Shown piece by piece: positions 9,217-17,701 of a stretch of DNA of 64,000 bases (within the stretch, counting starts at the first letter, position 1; every line of letters begins with the position of its first letter). The stretch is from Thermoplasmata archaeon. Lineage in GTDB: Archaea > Thermoplasmatota > E2 > JACPAO01 > JAHFTW01. The notes below the pieces were generated by a model. That model did not search any database, had not been told where the DNA came from, and saw only the letters and a list, made by a program, of their open reading frames with translations. The translations under genes were made by a program, and so were the position numbers. The stretch spans positions 480,001-544,000 of the forward strand of contig JAXDQS010000003.1 in assembly GCA_034667725.1 (NCBI GenBank), read 5' to 3'.

Positions 9217-10103
9217 CAGCCCAGCTTCTCCGCGGTCACTTCGAAGCGGGTGTAGGAGAAAACCCCGACGGTGAAGCTGTTGCCGACGTCATGCCGCGCC
9301 GGATCGGCCTCGCCGCCGACCTCCTGCCGGCACGCCGCCGCGCGCTGCAGCTCGTCCGGCGTCGAGTCGGCGGCCGGCAAGGGGCAGTCGCCCGTGGCCA
9401 CGAGGTCCACCCGCACCCGCCACTTGCCCGCCGTCGGCACCCCCATGTCCGCCGACAGCTTGGCGACCACGTCCGCCTCCGTCGTGGCCGGCCCGCCCAC
9501 CGCGATCAGGTCCGCCGGCTTCGGCCGCTCCGTGCTCAAGACCCAGTCGGCCGTCTTCTCCTGCGAGATGTACTGGCCCGGGTTCTCCAGGTCCGCCTGG
9601 GCCGGCAGGTTCGACATGTAGAGGGTGCCGGGCAGGAAGTCGCCGACGGCGTCGTACACCTCGACCTTGAACCGGTCGGGCTCGCTGGCCACGATGTCGT
9701 CCGTGAAGTTGAGCTGCAGCCGCACCGCGAACACGTTGTCGTGCGGCACCTCGAAGAAGAAATCCTTGTGGCTTTCCGCGTTCGACAGGTCGTCCAAGGC
9801 CTGCGTCTGGCCCACCAGGTCCTCGGTGTGGTCCGTGAACGTGACGCGGAACTGGCTCGGCACCTCGTCCGGCACCGGCAGCAGCAGCACCAACGCAACG
9901 CAGCCCGCAAGCAGCAGCGCGCCCACGACGCCCGCGCCGATGTCGAAGCCGCGGCCCGGCGCCTTGGTGCGCACGGGGCCGGCCGCAGGGGGCGCGGCGG
10001 GGGCTGCCGCAGGCGGCGGCGCAGCGACGGCCGGCGACGCCGGGCCAGGACGAAGCACGACCGAGGAACGGACTTGGCGCGCGGCCACGTCCTCGTTTGA
10101 CAC
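9216..10103 (-). CDS. membrane-anchored hypothetical protein
   Basis: Single TM followed by an acidic beta-rich ectodomain; stop/start overlap with the downstream gene; start may be GTG 10088. Confidence 0.7.
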   Translation of the reverse strand: MSNEDVAARQVRSSVVLRPGPASPAVAAPPPAAAPAAPPAAGPVRTKAPGRGFDIGAGVVGALLLAGCVALVLLLPVPDEVPSQFRVTFTDHTEDLVGQTQALDDLSNAESHKDFFFEVPHDNVFAVRLQLNFTDDIVASEPDRFKVEVYDAVGDFLPGTLYMSNLPAQADLENPGQYISQEKTADWVLSTERPKPADLIAVGGPATTEADVVAKLSADMGVPTAGKWRVRVDLVATGDCPLPAADSTPDELQRAAACRQEVGGEADPARHDVGNSFTVGVFSYTRFEVTAEKLG

Positions 10104-10192
10104 TTGGAAGGTTCATGATGCTTTTGCACGCGTCGTGCAACAGTCCCCCGACGCGGTGCGTTCATCAAGCACGCCCGGCTCGCCGCCGCCAC

Positions 10193-10265
10193 AGCCCCGT
10201 AGTCTAGTGGTCAAGGATAGGGGACTTTGGATCCTTTGACGTCGGTTCGAATCCGACCGGGGCTA
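10193..10265 (+). tRNA. tRNA-Gln (TTG)
   Basis: AGCCCCG...GGGGA-CTTTGGA-TCCTT...GTCGG-TTCGAAT-CCGAC-CGGGGCT-A; the A1-U72 pair is typical of archaeal tRNA-Gln. Confidence 0.95.
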
Positions 10266-10392
10266 CTCAGGCGGCGGGCGCGGGGCGCCACGCCGCTGGT
10301 GAGCCGCCGGCGGCTTCGGGGTTGCCCGCTTCGCATCGCAACCGCATCGGGAACGCCCTCCGGGGCGTTTCCTCGCCGCATCCGACCGGGGC
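10251..10392 (+). repeat. 13-bp duplication of the tRNA-Gln 3' end flanking a hairpin-rich insert (att-like scar)
   Basis: atccgaccggggc at 10251-10263 and 10380-10392. Confidence 0.65.
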
Positions 10393-10395
10393 GCG

Positions 10396-11703
10396 CTAGT
10401 CTTCCTTCCGCAGCGGCCTCAGCACGCCCGCCATGACGGCGGCGGCCAGGATGGCCAGCACCGGCAGGGGGAAGGCGTCGCGCGGCTGGCGGACGCCTGC
10501 CGGCGTGTCGGCGGCCTGGCCGCGGGGCGCGGGGTCGTTGGCTTCGGCGGCCGGGGCGACGGCGCCCCCCGTGTTGGAGACGAGGTTGGCCGGGACGATG
10601 ACGGTGGGCGTCCCCGTGGGCCGGGGGATGGTGGTGGCTCCGGCGGCGGGGGCGGCCGTGGCGGCGGGTGACGAGGTGGCCGCGGCTGGCGTCGCCTCCG
10701 CCTGGGTGGCGGCGCTCGTGTTCGAGGCGGTGGTCGTCGTGGTGGCGGGCGGCGGGGTGGTGCCGCCGGCCTGGGCGGGCGTCTCGACGGGCTGGTCCTC
10801 GACGACGGACTCGGGCGTGGCCGCTTCGGGCGCGGCGACGGACGTGGACATGACCTGGAGCGTGGGGGCGGCGCCGGGCAGCAGGGGCAGGAGGATGGGC
10901 GTCGGGGAGCCGGGGACGATGGCGGTGGCGTTGTCGATGCCTTGCGGGACGGTGCCGTTGGCGGTGGCGACCAGCTCGACGACGGCGGTGCCGTTGGCGA
11001 GGTCGAGGTCTTGCGGGCGCAGCACCACGACGCCGCCCTGCCGAATGAACTCCAGCGGGAGGGGGCGGCCGTCCTTCAGCACGAGCATCAGCGACTGGAC
11101 GACGGGGGCGGTCGCGTTGGTGGTGGCGTTGCTGGTGCCGTTGAGGATGGGCTTGGCCGATCGGACGGGGCCCGTGTAAACGAGGACTTCCGGCTTGGCG
11201 GCCTCGACGGGCGGCGGCGTGGGCTGGACGGGGACGTCGGGGATGGCGTCGCCTTGGTCGAGGCCCAGGCCGCCGGCCAGGCCGTTGCCGAAGCCGTTGC
11301 CGGAGGAGGCGTCGGCGCCGTTCGCGGCCGCGTCCTGCTTCTCGAGGAACGCGACCAGGCCGAGCGCCAGCGCCATGCCGAGCATGAGGGCGAGGGCGGC
11401 GACGGCGAGGACGAGGTAGAAGCGGACGCGCTGGGGCTCCAGGATGGAGCGGCCGCGCTGCGACAGCGAGTAGTAGACCCAGCGCCGCTCGGGGTCGTCG
11501 AACCGGTCGATGAGGCCGGCCTCCAGGAGCTTCTTGAGGTGCTCGGACACGGCGGGCTTGCCGAGCTCGAGGCGGGTGGCCAGCTCGGCGCCGGTCATGC
11601 GGCGCTCGGCAAGCAGGCGCATGATTTCGCGCCGGGACTCGCTGGAGAGCACCTTCAGAAGGGCGTCGTCCAGCGGCAGCTCAAGGACTGCGGGCGCGGT
11701 CAT
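10396..11703 (-). CDS. ArsR-type HTH fused to TM, low-complexity ectodomain and C-terminal membrane anchor
   Basis: LKVLSSESRREIMRLLAERRMTGAELA...VSEHLKKLLEAGLI...WVYYSL; TM; Thr/Ala/Pro-rich region with multiple NxT/S sequons. Confidence 0.85.
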   Translation of the reverse strand: MTAPAVLELPLDDALLKVLSSESRREIMRLLAERRMTGAELATRLELGKPAVSEHLKKLLEAGLIDRFDDPERRWVYYSLSQRGRSILEPQRVRFYLVLAVAALALMLGMALALGLVAFLEKQDAAANGADASSGNGFGNGLAGGLGLDQGDAIPDVPVQPTPPPVEAAKPEVLVYTGPVRSAKPILNGTSNATTNATAPVVQSLMLVLKDGRPLPLEFIRQGGVVVLRPQDLDLANGTAVVELVATANGTVPQGIDNATAIVPGSPTPILLPLLPGAAPTLQVMSTSVAAPEAATPESVVEDQPVETPAQAGGTTPPPATTTTTASNTSAATQAEATPAAATSSPAATAAPAAGATTIPRPTGTPTVIVPANLVSNTGGAVAPAAEANDPAPRGQAADTPAGVRQPRDAFPLPVLAILAAAVMAGVLRPLRKED

Positions 11704-11887
11704 GCAGGACTCCCATGCGAAAGGGGCCATATCAAGCGTAGGGATGGTGTTCGGTGGGCGCCGAACCTATCGTTCTCCTTCTGATGGCCCCCGGTTTGGC
11801 GGGTCCCGAACCCGGTTTCGGCGCCCGCCGGCCCGGCCGCGATGGGAAAAGCGCAAAAAGACCCCCGCCCGTGGGCGCGCCGTCGCG

Positions 11888-13048
11888 ATGCGCATCGCCA
11901 TCTTCACGGACTCCTGGCTGCCGCGCGTCGACGGGCTCACGACCAGCGTCCAGGGGTTCAAGTCGGCGCTGGAGCGGCGCGGCCACGAGTTCCACGTCTT
12001 CTGCCCGGGGCCGAAGTGGGAACGCACGGCGGACACCACGACCTACAAGGGCGTCCCGTTCTGGGGCTACCCCGACTTCCGCATCTCGTGGCGGTCGGGC
12101 GGCCATGACACGGCCAAGATCCTGCGCGACGAGGGCTTCGACCTGGTCCACATCCAAAGCCCGTTCCTGGTCGGATTGTGGGGCCTGCGGGCCGCCCGCA
12201 AGGTCGGCATCCCGGTCATCACCAGCTACCACACCTACGTCCCCGACCTGGTGCCCTACGTCGTCCCGCCCGGCTTCCGCGGCATGAGCCAGAAACTGGT
12301 GTGGCGGCTCACCGAGACCTTCTTCCAGCGCTGCGACTGCGTCCTGGTCCCGTCCCCCAGCTGCGCCCGCGAGCTGTTGGAGCATGTGCCGCACCACAAC
12401 ATCCCCAATCTCGAGGTCCACGCCAACGGCGTCGACACCGACCGCTTCCACCCTGGCGCCCGCAGCGACCCCATGCGCGCCCGCCTCGGCCCCCCCGGCA
12501 GCAAGATTCTGGTCTCGGTCGGCCGCCTGGCCCGCGAGAAGGACGTCCCGTTCCTGCTGGAGGCGGTCGCCTTGGCCCGCGCCCGCGAGCCCCGCCTGCA
12601 CCTGGCCATCGGCGGCCGCGGCCCCGAGCTGCCCCGCATCGAGGCCCGGATGCGCGACCTGGGCCTGGAGGAGCACGTCACCTTCCTCGGCTTCATCCCC
12701 GACGCCGACCTCGCGATGGTCTACGCCTCGGCCGACGCCTTCGCCAGCGCCTCGCAGTTCGAGACCCAAGGCATGACCGCCGTCGAGGCGATGGCCTGCG
12801 GCACCCCGGTCGCCGCCGTCCGCGCCCGCGGCCTGGCCGACTACGTCCTGCACGGCCGCACCGGCTTCCTGTTCACGCCGGACGAGCCGAAGGACGCCGC
12901 CGAGGCCATCCTGCAAGCCGTCCACGCCGGCCCCGAGGCGCGGCAGGCGGCCCGCGCCCACGCCGAGACCCTCAGCCTGCAGGAGTCGGTCGACCAGCTC
13001 GAGGCGATCTACCGCCGCATCGCCGCCGGCCGGGCCGCGTCCTCGTAG
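11888..13048 (+). CDS. GT4 glycosyltransferase
   Basis: MRIAIFTDSWLPRVDG; NGVDTDRF; VGRLAREK; ETQGMTAVEAMACGTPV. Confidence 0.92.
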   Translation: MRIAIFTDSWLPRVDGLTTSVQGFKSALERRGHEFHVFCPGPKWERTADTTTYKGVPFWGYPDFRISWRSGGHDTAKILRDEGFDLVHIQSPFLVGLWGLRAARKVGIPVITSYHTYVPDLVPYVVPPGFRGMSQKLVWRLTETFFQRCDCVLVPSPSCARELLEHVPHHNIPNLEVHANGVDTDRFHPGARSDPMRARLGPPGSKILVSVGRLAREKDVPFLLEAVALARAREPRLHLAIGGRGPELPRIEARMRDLGLEEHVTFLGFIPDADLAMVYASADAFASASQFETQGMTAVEAMACGTPVAAVRARGLADYVLHGRTGFLFTPDEPKDAAEAILQAVHAGPEARQAARAHAETLSLQESVDQLEAIYRRIAAGRAASS

Positions 13049-14115
13049 GCCGCCAGCACGCCGCGGGCGATGGCGTCCCAGTCGAAGCGGGCGGCCTGCG
13101 CCCGGCTCGCCGCCGACGCGCGCGAGCGGGCGGCCGGGTCCGTGGCCAGCCGCGTGATGGCCTCGGCCCACCGCCGCGGCTCGTGCGGCAGCACCGGGCC
13201 GGCGGCGCCGACCACCTCCGGGATGCCGCCCGCGTCGGCGGCGACCACGGGGGCGCCGCACGCCATGGCCTCCAGGATGCTGATGCCGAACGCCTCGTAG
13301 CGCGCCGGGTGGACGTAGGCGACGGCGCCGCGCAGCAGGGCGTCCTTCTCCGCCTCCTGGATCCAGCCGAGGAAGCGGACCCGGTCGGCGACCCCGAGCC
13401 TGCGGGCCTGCGCCTCCAGCCGCTTGCGGGCGGGGCCTTGGCCGGCGACCAGCAGCTCCAGGTCCCGGGGCACGTCGGGCCAGGCCGCCACCAAGGTGTC
13501 GAGGCCCTTGACGCGCACCACCCGGCCGACGGCGATCGCGTAGGGCTTGGGGCGTTGGGCGGCGGGGCCGTCGGGCTGGGGCTCGACCGCGTTGTGGCTG
13601 ACCCGAAGCTTGTCGGCAGGGCCCCCGTGGGCCTCCAGGTCGCGCCGCAAGAAGTCGCTGACGCACAGGACGCGGCGGGCGTGCCGGAGGGTGCGCATGA
13701 ACATCCGGTCGTTGGCCCGGCTGGCGAGCCCCAGGAGCCCGCGCCCCTCGCCGTAGGTGTTGTGGTAGGTCAGGACGCCCGGGCAGTCCAGCTCCCGGAA
13801 CGCCTTGCTGTAGCTCGGGGACCAGCGGAAATGCAGGTCGACGACGTCCGGCCGGATGTCCCGGATCGCCTGGCCGAGCCCCTTGGTCACCACGGGCGGC
13901 GGATTGTAGAACCGGCGCAGCGGGAAGCTGGACGGCAGCCGATGGACCTGCATCCCGTCCTCCTCCGTGGTGCCGGGCACGGAGCCGGGCTGGGCGGCCG
14001 TGACGACGTGGACCTCGTGGCCCCAGGCCGCCAGCCGCCGCCCCACCGCGCGGATGCGGCGCTCGATGCCGCCCGCGTAGGGAAAGTAGAACGGGTTGAG
14101 CTGGACGACGCGCAC
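13009..14115 (-). CDS. GT4 glycosyltransferase
   Basis: PYAGGIE; VGRVVRVKG; EAFGISILEAMACGAPVV. Confidence 0.92.
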   Translation of the reverse strand: MRVVQLNPFYFPYAGGIERRIRAVGRRLAAWGHEVHVVTAAQPGSVPGTTEEDGMQVHRLPSSFPLRRFYNPPPVVTKGLGQAIRDIRPDVVDLHFRWSPSYSKAFRELDCPGVLTYHNTYGEGRGLLGLASRANDRMFMRTLRHARRVLCVSDFLRRDLEAHGGPADKLRVSHNAVEPQPDGPAAQRPKPYAIAVGRVVRVKGLDTLVAAWPDVPRDLELLVAGQGPARKRLEAQARRLGVADRVRFLGWIQEAEKDALLRGAVAYVHPARYEAFGISILEAMACGAPVVAADAGGIPEVVGAAGPVLPHEPRRWAEAITRLATDPAARSRASAASRAQAARFDWDAIARGVLAAYEDAARPAAMRR

Positions 14116-14222
14116 GCCGGGCCGGCCGACGAGGGCGGGGCCGAAAAGGCTGCCTTTGTGCTTGCCCGGGCGGCAGCGGTTCGGTGGTCTCGGTACCCTC
14201 GGTGGATCCCCTCAGGACTTTG

Positions 14223-14322
14223 TGTGGAATCTGTGTCCAGTCGGCGGCGCGCGACGAGCACTGATTTCCTCAGATTCGGAAGATTCCCACAGAACTCTGT
14301 GGAATCTGTGTCCAGTCGGCGG
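14223..14322. repeat. 25-bp direct repeat with degenerate CACAGA/TCTGTG 9-bp units (REP-like)
   Basis: tgtggaatctgtgtccagtcggcgg at 14223 and 14298. Confidence 0.75.
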
Positions 14323-14424
14323 GGTTCACGGGGGGCCGGACGAGAACCCCTGAAGTGGTTCCGTGGGACTCGGCGCGTTCCAGGTTGGGCCAAGCCTCAA
14401 GCCGCCTGCCCAGGTTCCGCCGTC

Positions 14425-14886
14425 ATGCCCGCCAAGAAGGCGACGCCGGCCAAGGGCGCCACCACCCGCGTCTCCGGCGAGGGCTACACCACGGCCTCGA
14501 CCTTCAGCCCGCGCATGGCCGCCGCGTGGAAAGAGCTCGACGCCGCCGTCCGCCGCGTGTTCCCCAAGGCCGAGCCGGTGTTCGACTACGGCGTGCGGGG
14601 CTGGCGGGTGCCGCGCCCCCTCAAGGTCGAGGCGTGGAAGGGCACGATGGACCCCAACTGGCTGACCCTCTACCTGGCGGAGCGGGCGCAGGGCATCACG
14701 CTGCACTTCTGGAACCCGTGCGAGCCCGGCTTCCTCAAGCGCAAGGGCCCGGAGCTGGCGCCGCACGGGCTCAAGGCGATGGTGGGCTGCCTGCAGTTCA
14801 CGCGCAAGGGGGACTATCCCGTGCCGGTCATCGAGGGGTTGCTGCGCGAGGCGCGGGGCCAGATGGAGTCCGAGGCGCCGCGGTAG
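14425..14886 (+). CDS. DUF1801/YdhG-like protein
   Basis: PKAEPVFDYGVRGW...LAERAQGITLHF...GCLQF pattern; CCTCAAG box about 24 nt upstream. Confidence 0.65.
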   Translation: MPAKKATPAKGATTRVSGEGYTTASTFSPRMAAAWKELDAAVRRVFPKAEPVFDYGVRGWRVPRPLKVEAWKGTMDPNWLTLYLAERAQGITLHFWNPCEPGFLKRKGPELAPHGLKAMVGCLQFTRKGDYPVPVIEGLLREARGQMESEAPR

Positions 14887-15237
14887 CTACACCGCGCCGA
14901 CCAGCGCCAGCACCGAGAGCAGGTTCCACACCACGACCGCCATCGAGACGCAGCCCACCACCAGCAGGCCCCAGTGCGCAGCACCGCCGCGGCCCATCGC
15001 GACCTGGCGGCCGGCGACGGCGAGGATCAGCAGCAGCCCCGCCAGCTTCGCGGCCAGGAGCGCCTCGTAGCCGTGCGCCACCAGGACGCCGGCGAGGGGG
15101 CCCAGCTCGATGGCGCCCTGCTCCAGCGCCCACGCGGTCGTGAGGACGTCGAGGTACCAGAGGCAGCCGATGGCGAGCCCCGCGATGGCGAGGCCAGCCC
15201 GCTCTGGGGCAGGCAGGTGGAGAGACTGAGTGCGCAT
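14887..15237 (-). CDS. small 3-TM membrane protein (DUF5658-like)
   Basis: LDVLTTAWALEQGAIELGPL...AKL...VVVWNL. Confidence 0.7.
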   Translation of the reverse strand: MRTQSLHLPAPERAGLAIAGLAIGCLWYLDVLTTAWALEQGAIELGPLAGVLVAHGYEALLAAKLAGLLLILAVAGRQVAMGRGGAAHWGLLVVGCVSMAVVVWNLLSVLALVGAV

Positions 15238-15298
15238 GGCCCCAGGTGTGGGCGGCCGGCACGGATGCAGCCACGGGTGGCGGCAAGCGGGCTTTGTC

Positions 15299-17224
15299 CT
15301 AGGGCGCGGGCGTCACCCGGAAGGCCGCGAGCGGGGCGCCGCGCAGCTCGACCAGGCCGACGCCGGACAGCCTGCGCAGGTGGTAGACGGTGGCGCCGTA
15401 GCTGGTCTCCAGGCGGCGCGCCGCCTCCACGACGGTGATGCCGGGCTCCTGGTGCAGCAGCGCCTCCAGCCGGCACGCCAGGTCGGTCTTCAACAGGCCG
15501 TCCGTGGGGCACGCGGGCGCGGAGGCCAGGTAGACGCAGACGTAGCGGCCGGCCTTGCGCTGCCGCACCAGCCCCGCGCGCTCCAGCACTTGGAGGTGGT
15601 GCTGCAAGGCGCCGCGGCCGCACCCCGCCAGCCGGGCCAGCTCGTTGAAGTGGATGCCTGGCGCCGCCGCGAGGTGGGCGAGGATGCGCGCCCGGGTCGG
15701 CTGGTCGGCAACACTTTGCCCGCCCAGCCGCGAGAACAGCCCGACCGCCGCGGCCGGCACCGTGCGCCACAGCGCCCAAAGCGGGAACACGGCCACCCCC
15801 AGCCCGGCCAGGAGCGGATGCGGCGGCGCGACGCCGGCCAGCGGTGGCGGCGCGGGCGCGGCCGGCGGCGCGACGCGCGGCGTAGCCGTCCTCGCCACCG
15901 GCAGGGGCGAGCACGCGTCGCCCGGCCCGGCGCCGTCGAGGTCGGCCTGGTCGGCGTTGGGCGTGTCCGGGCAATTGTCGGGGAACGCGGCGACCCCCTG
16001 CTGCGCGATGCCGTCGCCGTCGCGGTCGGCGTCGCAGGCGTCGCCTTGCCGGTCGAGGTCGAGGTCCTGCTGCGCGGCGTTGGGCTCGGCGGGGCAGTTG
16101 TCGGCCTCGTCCTGGACGCCGTCGCGGTCGCTGTCGCGCACGGGCTTGGCCACCGCCGGAAGGATCAGGCTCGACGGGGCCGCGGGGACCACGGGCGCCT
16201 CGACGCAGGCCTCCGGATGCAGCACGCAGCCCTCCAGGCGGGGCGCGACGGGCTCGTGGTGCGGCGGCAGCAACGGGGCGACCGGCGACGGCGCCGACGG
16301 GCACAGGCCCGCGGCCGGCGCGAGGCATTCGGCGATGCCGTCGAACCGGAGCCGCCAGAACGCCTGGCCGTCCCACGACAGCAGCGCGGGCACCGGGTCG
16401 AACTGGCCGGGCAGGAAGGTGTACTGCCGCGTCGTCGCGTTGTAGCGCAGCAGGTTGAGGCGGTCGAAGCTCCAATGCTCGTAGGCCAGCAGGGCGCCCT
16501 CGTCGCGGGCGGTCTGCACCAGCCGGCCGCCGACCCGGTCGATGGGCAGCCACGCCGGCGTCGCCGTGCCCGGCAGCTCCTCGAAGGCGGCGCCGTCGTA
16601 GGCCAGCATGGCGTGGCCGCCGCCGGACAGGAACGCAAGCACGTGCGCCGTGGCGCCGTCCCAGATGAGGCCGCGGGCCGCGAGGAACCGCGGCGGCGCA
16701 GGGCTCGCGGGCCGGAACGCGTCGGCCGCGGCGTCGTACTGCTGCGGCGGCGCCGCCAGCGCGGCGGGCACCAGCGTCAGGCCGTTGGCGGTGGCGAAGT
16801 GCGACGGCCGCGCGTCGCCGCCCCACGGCGCCGGCGGCGCGGCAGGGCTCGCGGCGCGCGCCGCAACACAGCCGCACGACTCGCGCCACAGCAGCGCGGG
16901 CGCGCCGGGCGTGACCACGAGGAGCTCGCCGGGCGCCACGACGTGGACCGTGCCGAGGCCGGCGGCCGCGGGCAGCCGCGCGAGGCGTTCACTCGTGCCG
17001 GCGGCCGGCAGGTAGCGCTCCAGCGTGGCGTCGCCGTGGCCGTCGCAGGCTGCGCGGACGTAGTAGAACGCGCCGGCCATCCATTGGCCGTCGGCGCAGT
17101 CGTCGGGCGCGAGGCCGACGCGGCCGGTGGCTTGCACGGCCCAGACGCCGTCCGATTGCGCGTCCGCGGCCGCCACCAGCGGCACCGCGAACGCCAGCAA
17201 CAGCAGCCAAGCCCGTCCCGCCAC
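15299..17224 (-). CDS. receptor-like regulator: signal peptide, kelch/beta-propeller-like domain, thrombospondin type-3 repeats, TM, tandem winged HTH
   Basis: DSDRDGVQDEADNCP..PNAAQ.DLD.D..GDAC twice; GLFSRL...PGIHFNELAR...LQHHL.VLE.AGLV; PGITVVEAA...YHLRRL. Confidence 0.85.
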   Translation of the reverse strand: MAGRAWLLLLAFAVPLVAAADAQSDGVWAVQATGRVGLAPDDCADGQWMAGAFYYVRAACDGHGDATLERYLPAAGTSERLARLPAAAGLGTVHVVAPGELLVVTPGAPALLWRESCGCVAARAASPAAPPAPWGGDARPSHFATANGLTLVPAALAAPPQQYDAAADAFRPASPAPPRFLAARGLIWDGATAHVLAFLSGGGHAMLAYDGAAFEELPGTATPAWLPIDRVGGRLVQTARDEGALLAYEHWSFDRLNLLRYNATTRQYTFLPGQFDPVPALLSWDGQAFWRLRFDGIAECLAPAAGLCPSAPSPVAPLLPPHHEPVAPRLEGCVLHPEACVEAPVVPAAPSSLILPAVAKPVRDSDRDGVQDEADNCPAEPNAAQQDLDLDRQGDACDADRDGDGIAQQGVAAFPDNCPDTPNADQADLDGAGPGDACSPLPVARTATPRVAPPAAPAPPPLAGVAPPHPLLAGLGVAVFPLWALWRTVPAAAVGLFSRLGGQSVADQPTRARILAHLAAAPGIHFNELARLAGCGRGALQHHLQVLERAGLVRQRKAGRYVCVYLASAPACPTDGLLKTDLACRLEALLHQEPGITVVEAARRLETSYGATVYHLRRLSGVGLVELRGAPLAAFRVTPAP

Positions 17225-17349
17225 GGCCGTCTTGATCGGTCGCGGGAATAAAGGAATGGTGGGACGGTCCCTTAGCAAGCCTCAAGCAGAAAGGCTGCCT
17301 TTCCTGGGGTCGCGTCGCGGAAAAGAGAAGGAGGAGGGGAGGAGGTCCG

Positions 17350-17634
17350 TCAATAGCAGATGGTGGCTGGAATCGTGGTCCTGATGCACGGGCCGTTCAG
17401 GCCTTCGCAGCTTCCGTCCGGGCACACGCCTTGGCACCGCTCGAGCGAGTTCTGGTTTGAACAGACCCCGACGCAGAGTTGGTAGCCGCTCGAATGAGGT
17501 CCGTAACTTCCAATGCACGAGCTGGTCGTGACGACAGCCGCCCCCGCCGTCGCGCTACCGCTGAACGCCAGCAAAGCCAGCACCAAGCTCGTCGCGCCCA
17601 GAAGCGCGCAGATTTTCGTGTTCATGGGGTTCAT
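17350..17634 (-). CDS. small secreted cysteine-rich peptide
   Basis: Signal peptide ending SATA, then about 60 aa with 8 Cys; lower GC than its neighbours. Confidence 0.65.
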   Translation of the reverse strand: MNPMNTKICALLGATSLVLALLAFSGSATAGAAVVTTSSCIGSYGPHSSGYQLCVGVCSNQNSLERCQGVCPDGSCEGLNGPCIRTTIPATICY

Positions 17635-17701
17635 CCCAACCGCTTCGGCTGGGCTTCGCCGGACCCGCTTAGGCACATATGCCGCTTTTGGCTGATCGTG
17701 G

